Origin: a virus
Taxonomy: Duplodnaviria > Caudoviricetes
Length of the DNA stretch: 64,000 nucleotides
Virus record (IMG/VR): IMGVR_UViG_3300028797_000100
Coordinates: 1 to 64,000 of that record
Reading direction: 5' to 3' (one strand)
The notes under the pieces were generated by a model, which saw only the letters and a list, made by a program, of their open reading frames with translations, did no database searches and was not told the origin of the DNA. This document shows positions 10,057 through 18,334 of this stretch, piece by piece. Made by a program: the position numbers and the translations under genes. How positions within the stretch are numbered: position 1 is the first letter of the stretch; each line of letters opens with the position of its first letter.

Positions 10057-10662
10057 TTAATCATCGAAGTCGTTGTCATACTTAATTGGTTCATCATCTT
10101 CTGTTTCCTCGATTGGCTCTTCGCCATCCAAACCAGTTTCGAGGGTTTCTGGTTCTTCCTCTGATTCATCTTCTTCGGCGTCTACATAATCACCGTCTTC
10201 TTCTTCGTACTCTTCATCGACATCGTCATCTTCATCATCGATGTCGTCATCTTCTTCCCATTCATCATCCTCATCATATTCGTAATCTTCTTCGTCTACA
10301 TCATTTTCATCTGCAACCTTCATGTTCTCGATAAACTCTGCGAGAGCATTCATGACAAGCGTTGTATTTTCTTCTGTTTCTTCTTCTTTTGTTTTCTTAT
10401 TAAGCTGCTTACCAACCTGATTAATACCAGTTGCTGCAGCACCAGCTGAGAGGCCTATGAAAACAGCCTCGATGAGATTAGCTCCCATCTCCACATTTGG
10501 AGTATAGAAACCACAGATACCGAGAGCGACACCATATATTATCGAGAATATAGGGAGCACCCTACCAATGTCCTTCTTGAAACAAAACTTGCCTATGTAC
10601 CTTGTTATAGAGTCAAGCATTGTTACAAAGCTACCGATTGTAATAATTGAGAATTCTAACAT
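10057..10662 (-). CDS. Phage holin with long acidic C-terminal tail
   Basis: Holin-like pattern LPIFSIIYGVALG...GLSAGAAATGINQVGKQL, followed by a long D/E-rich tail. Confidence 0.7.
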   Translation of the reverse strand: MLEFSIITIGSFVTMLDSITRYIGKFCFKKDIGRVLPIFSIIYGVALGICGFYTPNVEMGANLIEAVFIGLSAGAAATGINQVGKQLNKKTKEEETEENTTLVMNALAEFIENMKVADENDVDEEDYEYDEDDEWEEDDDIDDEDDDVDEEYEEEDGDYVDAEEDESEEEPETLETGLDGEEPIEETEDDEPIKYDNDFDD

Positions 10663-10743
10663 AATATTTTTCTCCTTTCAAAAACATATATAATTGAAAT
10701 GATGACCGAACAGATCATTACAAATTTGTGGAGGTAATTACAC

Positions 10744-10914
10744 ATGAAGCATGAACCATTATTGCATGAAAATCCCGAGAAAAAGAAAGTGCCAACTTTC
10801 AAGGATTTGGGATTCATTAAAGAAGAGGAACCCACATCAACTAGTAAACGCTTGACAGATATCCTTAAAAAGATATCTTCAAATAGAAAATCAAAAAAGA
10901 ATAAACGGAGGTAA
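10744..10914 (+). CDS. Small basic hypothetical protein (56 aa, MKHEPLLHEN...)
   Basis: GGAGGT RBS; below the ORF-track cutoff; abuts the next gene. Confidence 0.55.
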   Translation: MKHEPLLHENPEKKKVPTFKDLGFIKEEEPTSTSKRLTDILKKISSNRKSKKNKRR

Positions 10915-10920
10915 ACCCAT

Positions 10921-11802
10921 ATGGAAAGCAATCACAAGGATCTTCTTGATCAGGTAATCAACGAGACAAACACAGCCGAGATTCCTGTAACAGAAGGAGA
11001 AGAAACCCAGACAGAAGAGTCTATTCAGGAAAAGATTGACAGAGGATGCATCAAGCTTGACTCATGCACAGGTGCAGGATTTTTCATCGATCCTTCAAAC
11101 AATCCTGACTTGTTCGCACCTGAGAATGTAATGACACACATTTCTCATTTCATAGAACAGGAACAGGCTCTCACAAACATCTATCACAATCTGCTTTGTC
11201 ACAGCCAGGTACCAATGAATGAATTCAGTGAGTATCTGGATCACCTTATTCCACAGCTCGAGAAATCTCTTAAGGGATTTGGCATGACAGTAGATATGTA
11301 TAAGGATCAGAATGACAAGCTCAGTTCTTATGAACTCGCACTTTACATATCATTCGATCTGTTCTCATTCACAAAGACTATCCTCGGATATCTTGAATCA
11401 ATCGCACTGGCTTACATACCACAGACACCTTTGACACCATCAATAGATTCAGGCTTCACTAACCCCGGTGTATTCAATAATGGTGAAGTAGAACTTCCTG
11501 ATGGTTCAGGTAACAAGTGCTACAAAGTATATGGCCATATTCAGAAAGATAACAGTGTTGAAATCATCCAGATTGAAGAATCATCCATTGATCCTTCCGA
11601 TCTTCTCGTCGTTCATGATGAAGATGGTGATGAACTCGATTGTGTTATCTCGGTACACACAATAAACAAATCTGAAGAGGATGCTGTTAGGGATGCTAAG
11701 ATAGTATTCCAGGGATACATCCGTGACATGCTTGAAACTGATTCAGCTAAAGCCTACAGACTTGCAGAAGAGATGCAGGCTGAGTCTGGTTTACTTAGCT
11801 AA
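10921..11802 (+). CDS. Acidic hypothetical protein
   Basis: 293-aa ORF with GGAGG RBS. Confidence 0.8.
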   Translation: MESNHKDLLDQVINETNTAEIPVTEGEETQTEESIQEKIDRGCIKLDSCTGAGFFIDPSNNPDLFAPENVMTHISHFIEQEQALTNIYHNLLCHSQVPMNEFSEYLDHLIPQLEKSLKGFGMTVDMYKDQNDKLSSYELALYISFDLFSFTKTILGYLESIALAYIPQTPLTPSIDSGFTNPGVFNNGEVELPDGSGNKCYKVYGHIQKDNSVEIIQIEESSIDPSDLLVVHDEDGDELDCVISVHTINKSEEDAVRDAKIVFQGYIRDMLETDSAKAYRLAEEMQAESGLLS

Positions 11803-11814
11803 GGAGGAAACAAA

Positions 11815-13068
11815 ATGAAGAGTTATGTATTTCATCATAACGACGATGACGGAAAGTGTGCTGCTTTTCTGGTAAAGCAGTATCTCATTAACCCAATGGA
11901 GCCTCTCACACCTGAGAACTTCATTGAGTATAACTACCAGGCAAATCTCGATAAGAAAATCCCAGCATTTGAAGAAGGAGACATGGTTTACATTGTAGAC
12001 TTATCACTTGATCCATCAACACTAGATCTCATTCGCAAGTGTGCTGAATTAAAGGTTAAGGTTCTTCACATTGACCATCATCACACAGGAATTGAAATGT
12101 ACAATACATACAAGTCTGAACTTGAAGGTTATGGTAACTATACCTGCTTATTGAAGGAAGGTATATCTGGTACAATGCTTACATGGATATATGCAAATGT
12201 ATTCAATGAAGCAGACAAACTCGATCCTATGAATGCAAAGTTCGACTTCGATGATGATGATGTAAGAAGAACATGCTGTCGTATCGATAATAATGGTAAT
12301 CCTATTAATAAGGATAATGAACCCATTATGAGCGATAAGACCATTGAGCGTATTCCTGATGTTGTCAGAATGATTGATGACAATGATATCTGGAAACATA
12401 AAATCCAGGATACCAAGTTCTTCACTGCTGGTTTCCAGCTCACAAGAGATAAGCATCCTCTGAATCATATATGGGTTGAGTTACTTGATGAAGGTGATGT
12501 TCGTCAGAAGAATGATATACTGATGTCAATACTCAACAACGGTGTTACTGTTGTAGGATATAGAGGTGCTCTTGATGCAAAGAATCTTGCAAATGGATTC
12601 TTTGTAACTATCAATGGTATCCAGGTAGCTTGCCTCAATGCAATGGATGGCAATTCATCCATCTTCCAGGAGATATATGACAACTGTGCTGCTGTATGCA
12701 AGTATAGCTTTGATGGTGCGAAGTATTTCTATACATTCTATTCAAGAGAAAATGGTGGTGCTGATGTATCAGAGATCATCAAGTTCTTGGAAAGAACATA
12801 TAAAGACCTGTGTGGATTCATATCCGGCGGTGGTCATGTTCATGCTGCAGGTTGTCAGTTCAAGAAAAACTTCATCGATCAGCTTATAATTGACAAGGCC
12901 GGATATGTTCAAAAGCGTAAAGATATCAAGCTTGATACACTTGTTGCTGCTGAGCAGAAAGCTATCAAAGAGCGTGAGCGTATGCTTCGTGAAGAGCAGG
13001 AAAGAGTTGCGGCTCTGCGTGCTAAGTATGAAGCACAGATGAACGACGAAGAAGATTACGGTATATAA
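11815..13068 (+). CDS. DHH/DHHA1-family phosphoesterase
   Basis: HHNDDDG, IVDLS, IDHH, DDNDIW, GGGHVHAAG motifs. Confidence 0.9.
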   Translation: MKSYVFHHNDDDGKCAAFLVKQYLINPMEPLTPENFIEYNYQANLDKKIPAFEEGDMVYIVDLSLDPSTLDLIRKCAELKVKVLHIDHHHTGIEMYNTYKSELEGYGNYTCLLKEGISGTMLTWIYANVFNEADKLDPMNAKFDFDDDDVRRTCCRIDNNGNPINKDNEPIMSDKTIERIPDVVRMIDDNDIWKHKIQDTKFFTAGFQLTRDKHPLNHIWVELLDEGDVRQKNDILMSILNNGVTVVGYRGALDAKNLANGFFVTINGIQVACLNAMDGNSSIFQEIYDNCAAVCKYSFDGAKYFYTFYSRENGGADVSEIIKFLERTYKDLCGFISGGGHVHAAGCQFKKNFIDQLIIDKAGYVQKRKDIKLDTLVAAEQKAIKERERMLREEQERVAALRAKYEAQMNDEEDYGI

Positions 13069-13070
13069 GT

Positions 13071-13100
13071 ATATGGGGGCAATTGCCCCCATATTTTTTT
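13071..13100 (+). terminator. Rho-independent terminator between convergent genes
   Basis: ATATGGGGGC-AATT-GCCCCCATAT + T tract. Confidence 0.8.
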
Positions 13101-13101
13101 A

Positions 13102-15009
13102 TTAACTTTTTATGATTTGCTCAAGAGGTGTAACAGTAGGTTGTTTACCATTCAGAGTCTGTGCAAGGCCCTTGTTCATTCCTGTTGAGATATCCTCAAA
13201 CAGAATTGCTTGAAGAACACCTGATTGTTGAACAGCCTCACGGTATCTCAACTTTTCATATCCCATTGGGTCTGCATTACCCTTACCATATACAGTAGCA
13301 TACGATTTATCACCATGACGGCATACACGTCTCGCTAATAGCTCATATGTAATAGCAGGACCAGTAAGATCGATACCATTGATCTCAAGACATCTGAACA
13401 TGAGCTCTGTCATGAGATTGTAAGGAACCTGTGGTGATTTAGAATAGAGATATATCTGATTAATGAAGAATTCTACATTAGCAGCAGTCTTCTGAATAGC
13501 CAGTGTACATACAGCTGAGTTTGGTTCATATGTTACGATGTAATTATCTGGATCTTCCTGGACGTCATCATAGATATTGAATGTGAGTACACCAGGAACG
13601 ATCATCATTGTTGATAACAATTCATTGTCATTGTTATCATAGAACTTAACAGGGAATATACCCATACAAGAAATGTTTGTAGGTTCTTTAACGAATCCGT
13701 CAAGCTCTTCAAGAAGACGTGGTATGAATAACTTGAGCTTTGTTTTATTATACATAACACCTTCTGTGATATGGAACATTGGATCAGTTCCTTCTTTGTT
13801 TGCAAATACATATTCCTTAGGAATGATACCAGCATTCTGAGAAAGGTCATGTTTTGATTTAAGTTTAATATTAAGAAGCTTCTGAGTAATCTGGGTTACA
13901 AGCAGACCAACATTCTTAACACCAAGGTTATGGAATACGGTACCAGCACACTTGCCACATATAGCTTCTCTTTCACAACACTGAGGAGAATATAACTGAA
14001 CTGTTTTGCCAATGTAATTATTGATGTTATGAAGGTCTGTGAGGACTTTCTTACCATTGTCATTGATATATCTGAAGAGAGCATACTTGGTATTCTTCTT
14101 TGTAATAGTAAGAGGAATTGTCTGTTCAGTACCACAGTCAGAATTAGGATTCTCATCGATGTGTTCTGATTGGAGAAGAGCCAATATGATCTTAGCCATA
14201 TAACCAGCATCAGCAGTACCAACAGCTGAAGGATATGCAGCAGCCAATACAGAGTTAGCAAATGGGGTTATATCATTCTTGGTAATACCATTCATGAGCG
14301 AGTTCTCAACAACGTCGTATCTCTTGGTACCTTCGTTGAAAACAGAACCTCTCATAACATTGATGGTCTTGTAGTTGTTATCCAAGTTACCATCACCGGA
14401 TCTATATAAGTCATAACCAGGATCGTTCTTAAGATTCTCACGAACCATTCCCATGAGTTCTTTCTCAATCTTATTAACAGCCATTGTCTGAGTAACAGGA
14501 TTGGTAGATCTGATTTCATTCTCATACTGTTTGAACAACTCAGCTTTACGTTTGTTAACATTGTCCATAGGTCTAATGAGAGCTGGAGATATAGCAACAG
14601 CCAAGAAAGCAGCACACCAGAAACCAAGTCTATCTCGAGAGTCGATGTAATCACCCTTCTGTTGCATTGTGATCAAATCCTGAATGGCAAGATTATTAAC
14701 TTCGGCAGTTAATCTTTCAAGACCCTTCTTATCGATAGGATCATTCCAATATCCAAGATGCTGGATGATACCAGTACGCTCAAGAATGTATCTATTGAAG
14801 ATTAACATTCCGACAGTTGTTGATATACTTCCATTGACCCACTGATATTCTTCTTTCTTTAAAGAAATAACCTCAGTTGGAACAAATGGTGGTTGATGGA
14901 ATTCACCAGTTTCTCTGTCGTGATAACCAGCAAACATGTTTTCTATAAAAGTTTTATTGATCTGACTGATATCAGCTTGTAAAACTTTATCTTTAGCTAT
15001 GGAAGCCAT
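13102..15009 (-). CDS. Phage multisubunit RNA polymerase beta-prime subunit, C-terminal half
   Basis: Bridge-helix-like AVGTADAGYMAK, DCGT, Zn site CCEREAICGKCAG, trigger-loop-like NVGLLVTQITQKLLNIKLKSKH; no NADFDGD, consistent with a split subunit. Confidence 0.85.
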   Translation of the reverse strand: MASIAKDKVLQADISQINKTFIENMFAGYHDRETGEFHQPPFVPTEVISLKKEEYQWVNGSISTTVGMLIFNRYILERTGIIQHLGYWNDPIDKKGLERLTAEVNNLAIQDLITMQQKGDYIDSRDRLGFWCAAFLAVAISPALIRPMDNVNKRKAELFKQYENEIRSTNPVTQTMAVNKIEKELMGMVRENLKNDPGYDLYRSGDGNLDNNYKTINVMRGSVFNEGTKRYDVVENSLMNGITKNDITPFANSVLAAAYPSAVGTADAGYMAKIILALLQSEHIDENPNSDCGTEQTIPLTITKKNTKYALFRYINDNGKKVLTDLHNINNYIGKTVQLYSPQCCEREAICGKCAGTVFHNLGVKNVGLLVTQITQKLLNIKLKSKHDLSQNAGIIPKEYVFANKEGTDPMFHITEGVMYNKTKLKLFIPRLLEELDGFVKEPTNISCMGIFPVKFYDNNDNELLSTMMIVPGVLTFNIYDDVQEDPDNYIVTYEPNSAVCTLAIQKTAANVEFFINQIYLYSKSPQVPYNLMTELMFRCLEINGIDLTGPAITYELLARRVCRHGDKSYATVYGKGNADPMGYEKLRYREAVQQSGVLQAILFEDISTGMNKGLAQTLNGKQPTVTPLEQIIKS

Positions 15010-15045
15010 ACTATCATTCCTTTCTTATATTCAATGAAATTAAAT

Positions 15046-15055
15046 ATATATTATT
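15046..15055 (+). promoter_or_regulatory. Putative early promoter driving the 15.2-18.07 kb unit (includes the array)
   Basis: ATATATTATT motif; no obvious terminator until 18032. Confidence 0.6.
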
Positions 15056-15218
15056 TAAATGAGTAGGGAGGAGTCGTTCAGGCCGATGGGCAATGCATTT
15101 ATTGGGATCAGCATCGTTGGGCATTGTTGATCAATATCTGGCAAAGACATCGTAATAGCTATGATACTCTAGGTGTCCTTACTAGCGCTATTTATCAGGA
15201 GGTGAATATCAATAAATA

Positions 15219-15350
15219 ATGAATGATGAGAACATCTACACATTGGATACCAATGATACATCTATCGATCCGTATGAGACATTAAGTGGAATCGATGTTT
15301 GTAATCCAAGTGAGGATGAATTCTCTACAATGTTGGAATCCATCATGTAG
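15219..15350 (+). CDS. Small acidic protein (43 aa, MNDENIYTLDTNDTSIDPYE...)
   Basis: AGGAGGTG upstream (spacing rather long); D/E-rich. Confidence 0.4.
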   Translation: MNDENIYTLDTNDTSIDPYETLSGIDVCNPSEDEFSTMLESIM

Positions 15351-15479
15351 GAGTTCTTGTCAATGTGTTTCGCCAGAGCGAAAGACTCCGGTAGATTACC
15401 CAGTTATGGAAATCGAAAGAGACGAGTACCTCTGGCAATAATCTAACGCCAAAAAATAAAAAGAAAAGAGGAAAAGAAA

Positions 15480-16643
15480 ATGAAAAATCTCAAGTCAGTA
15501 AAGATTGTGAAGAACACAATCGACCAGATGTACGACGCAATGACATGTGTGTCTAAAGAAGATATCGATGTTATTCTGAGAATTAATCCTGTCATTCAGA
15601 CGGATCTCGAACAGCTCAAAAAATTATTCGAATCAGATACTATTTCAGAGATTGAACCTGTCATTGTAGCCCAGCCAGAACCTGTTGTTGTCAAGGAGGA
15701 GGAAGAACCAACACAGGTAGAAGATGAAATTATTGAAACGCCGGAGCCAAAGGAAGAGGCTCCAAAAGTAACTGTCACTGTATCCAGTGATTGGCTCAAG
15801 TACAAACCCGATGTGGTTTGGAAGAAGGATATGGGTCAGTCATCTAAGCGCTTTAAGGAAGGTCTCATGGTCTCAAACGAAGGTGACGTTTGGGATATCA
15901 AACATAACCAGCTTCTCGAAGGTAAGTTCCTTGATTGCGAAATGAAGGTGCTTATCAAGAAGGACACCTATGTGAATGAAGAACCAGAGGATTCTCACGT
16001 TAGAATTGCTCCGATTGTATGTCGTGCCTTCGGTATCAATTCAAACACAAAGAATTCATCCACAGCAACCAAGGTTATCATTGATTACATCGATGGTGAT
16101 AGACGTAATCTGAGACCTGAGAATCTTAAATGGGTTAAGACCATTTCGTACCCGAATAAGTCGAAAATCCTTGCAGAAGATGTATGCCGCAGACTCGTTG
16201 AGGCAAAGGGTGACATCGATGCAACCATGAAGAGATATTCTGATAGCACCATCACCAGAGGTTATATCTCAAACATCCGCAATAAACTTATCGAGACAGC
16301 ATTGTCATCGAAATTCTTCTACATTGAGAACGGTAAGTTCCGTGCTGTTAACGATAAGAAAGTTAAACCTGCAGAGAGTAAGCCCAAGGTATCTGCATCA
16401 GCATCTTCATACGAATTCACAAATGAGCCTATCGAAATGCTTGAAAACAGTATACGCAAAGGAACACTCACAATCGGTGAAAAGAATCTGATGATTGTTA
16501 AGACAATCGAGGAACTTCAGGGTGGTAACACTTCCAAGAAGATCACTGCAGAGGACATCGTTGATTCAATTAGAGATAAGTGGAAGATCTCTCTTCCCAC
16601 AGATATGGCTCAGACAATTCTTGACATAGGAGGTATAAAGTAA
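15480..16643 (+). CDS. Degenerate (probably inactive) NUMOD4/HNH-like protein with HTH-like segments
   Basis: VSNEGDV, HVRIAPIVCRAF and IDYIDGDRRNLRPENLKWV match the HNH_3 pattern, but the catalytic His is replaced by Tyr. Confidence 0.65.
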   Translation: MKNLKSVKIVKNTIDQMYDAMTCVSKEDIDVILRINPVIQTDLEQLKKLFESDTISEIEPVIVAQPEPVVVKEEEEPTQVEDEIIETPEPKEEAPKVTVTVSSDWLKYKPDVVWKKDMGQSSKRFKEGLMVSNEGDVWDIKHNQLLEGKFLDCEMKVLIKKDTYVNEEPEDSHVRIAPIVCRAFGINSNTKNSSTATKVIIDYIDGDRRNLRPENLKWVKTISYPNKSKILAEDVCRRLVEAKGDIDATMKRYSDSTITRGYISNIRNKLIETALSSKFFYIENGKFRAVNDKKVKPAESKPKVSASASSYEFTNEPIEMLENSIRKGTLTIGEKNLMIVKTIEELQGGNTSKKITAEDIVDSIRDKWKISLPTDMAQTILDIGGIK

Positions 16644-17143
16644 TGGCTGATAATAGAATTGAAAGAACGGTTGACTGTATAGAAACCTTTAAGGTAGGTT
16701 ATGCTACCTTAAGAGAGGAGCAGTTCAACAAGGAAGACATTACAGACTTCGTCGATTTATTCCCGGAGTATGGGCTCCGTATATCTCTCATATATCATTT
16801 CCTCAACGGAGATCTTAACGTATCTGCTGATATCGATACGGAAGATGATACTGATGAGCAGTATGATGATTCAGAGACCGAAGAAGAATCAAAGCCATAT
16901 TCCCGCAAGGGTATGACTTACAACCGCATGACAAAGCTCGATGCGGAAAACATCTCGAAGTATATCGCTGAGAAGTGTAGAGGTCGTGCAGACTTTGGTT
17001 CAATTGTAAATGACATTTATGATTATATAAATGGCAAATTCAATAAGGGAACCATCAGAGATCTTGTTCATGGTAAAACATGGGCAACAATTTCCCAGAA
17101 TTACTTCAAAATCGAAAAGAACAAGATAAAGTCAGTAGTATAA
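16643..17143 (+). CDS. Hypothetical protein with C-terminal HTH-like domain related to the upstream gene
   Basis: AENISKYI...TIRDLVHGKTWATISQNYFKIE resembles AEDVCRRL...YISNIRNKLIETALSSKFFYIE of 15480; translationally coupled (TAATG). Confidence 0.7.
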   Translation: MADNRIERTVDCIETFKVGYATLREEQFNKEDITDFVDLFPEYGLRISLIYHFLNGDLNVSADIDTEDDTDEQYDDSETEEESKPYSRKGMTYNRMTKLDAENISKYIAEKCRGRADFGSIVNDIYDYINGKFNKGTIRDLVHGKTWATISQNYFKIEKNKIKSVV

Positions 17144-17171
17144 GTTCTCGTGGAACTTAAAACCACGCGTT

Positions 17172-17205
17172 GTCTCCGGGGGATTAACATCCCCCGACGT
17201 GAGAC
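17172..17205 (+). promoter_or_regulatory. Leader hairpin immediately 5' of the array (no U tract)
   Basis: GTCTC-CGGGGGAT-TAAC-ATCCCCCG-ACGT-GAGAC. Confidence 0.6.
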
Positions 17206-17215
17206 GTACAGTAGC

Positions 17216-18021
17216 GGTCCTGTTGCACACAATGTCGCATTATGACGTTGGGGTTCAGTGGAGTTTTGACTCGTGGAGTTTCGGCATGGGTTTGGTTAGG
17301 TCTTGCCTGTTGAGTTCAGTATTGTTTCGTGACGGTTGAGTTCCGTCAGGTAAAGAGTGGCCGTGTTTGGGTAACGTCCCGTTGGGCGGGTGCGTAGTTT
17401 CGGCTTTGAGACGGACTGTTCGGTAGTGGACGTTTGGTTTCGGTGAAGTAATGTGCCTTAATGTGGTATGACGTCGTGGTAAGGTGATATGAAGCGAGGT
17501 GGCACTTTGTAAAGGTATTGCATAGCTAACTCGGGTAAGCTGGCGTACGGGTATGGTGATGCCCGATAGTGTCAGGTAATGGTGTGCTGTAGCATTGTAC
17601 TGGACAGTATTGTTTCGTTTTGGTGCAGGGCAGCTAAGATGTGTCTAGTTCCGGTATCGTAGCGTTAACTCCTGCTGTGATTAGCTAAGGTGAGGCCGGG
17701 TGCTGAGCGGTATCGTTGTGATAGACCATGTATCGGTAAGGCTGGGTGTCGTGCGGTGCGACAGATCATTGCGTTGGTATGACTCCGCATAACACGGATG
17801 TGTGTTGTGGTGGTAGGGTTCTGTTACGTATTGTCGGCAGCGTAGGGGTTCGGTTATGCGCAATGCCGTTGGTTATCGTGCCGGTGAAGTGTTGAAAGGT
17901 GATGTCAAGTAACGTTTCGGTTAGGTATGGTTTCGTCAAGCAATGCGAGGTAAAGGTGTAGTTTCGGATCATCTAGGTTCGTGGTGGTTTGGCCAAGCCT
18001 ATCCAGGCTACATGCGGTATC
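17216..18021 (+). ncRNA. Pentamer-periodic G-(GY-NNN)n array, 22 units; candidate programmable guide-RNA array
   Basis: Unit starts (all GGY) at 17216, 17252, 17283, 17334, 17370, 17402, 17442, 17478, 17514, 17550, 17581, 17622, 17653, 17689, 17735, 17776, 17812, 17852, 17883, 17919, 17955, 17986; 19 of 22 lengths are 5n+1; the repeat structure is directly visible, RNA function is inferred. Confidence 0.75.
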
Positions 18022-18031
18022 AAAGAAAGAC

Positions 18032-18066
18032 ATGCTCCCCATTTCGGGGAGCATTCTTTTTTTTTT
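18032..18066 (+). terminator. Rho-independent terminator closing the array (probably bidirectional)
   Basis: ATGCTCCCC-ATTTC-GGGGAGCAT + long T tract; A-rich on the 5' side. Confidence 0.85.
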
Positions 18067-18334
18067 ACTTTATGAGATGCTTATTAAATTTAACATATCC
18101 ATCAACATACATTTCTTCCTTAGCATCATTATAAGTTACCTCATAATATTTACCATCAGGAAGAGTTGTAGATAACTGAGCTTTCTGGCTACCGAGTACA
18201 TATTGTGAATTTACAACATATACATCATCGATTGTAAACTCAACATGATCTGTTGGATCAAGTCCTTCGATTACCATCAGATACACAGCCTCTTTTGCTT
18301 TCTGGATAAATTCTGCTGAACCGTTTAACTTCAT
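18065..18334 (-). CDS. DUF6275-like small phage protein
   Basis: DDVYVV..KAQLSTTLPDGKYYEVTYN..KEEMYVDGY pattern, recalled from this family. Confidence 0.7.
   Translation of the reverse strand: MKLNGSAEFIQKAKEAVYLMVIEGLDPTDHVEFTIDDVYVVNSQYVLGSQKAQLSTTLPDGKYYEVTYNDAKEEMYVDGYVKFNKHLIK

Noticed and set aside
15480-16643. Active mobile HNH homing endonuclease
   Set aside because: Catalytic His and metal-ligand residues are substituted; no intron context
17216-18021. Array as a CRISPR array, tRNA cluster or simple satellite
   Set aside because: No identical direct repeats, no cloverleaf or T-loop motifs, and no cas genes; variable bases are interleaved within units. A G-quadruplex role is not excluded, but G runs are mostly short and would not explain the 5n+1 units
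17681-18175. Short ORFs overlapping the array (17681-17863, 17766-17972, 17943-18134, 17981-18175)
   Set aside because: No good RBS, biased low-complexity translations, and two run through the terminator; 5-nt periodicity does not fit codon structure
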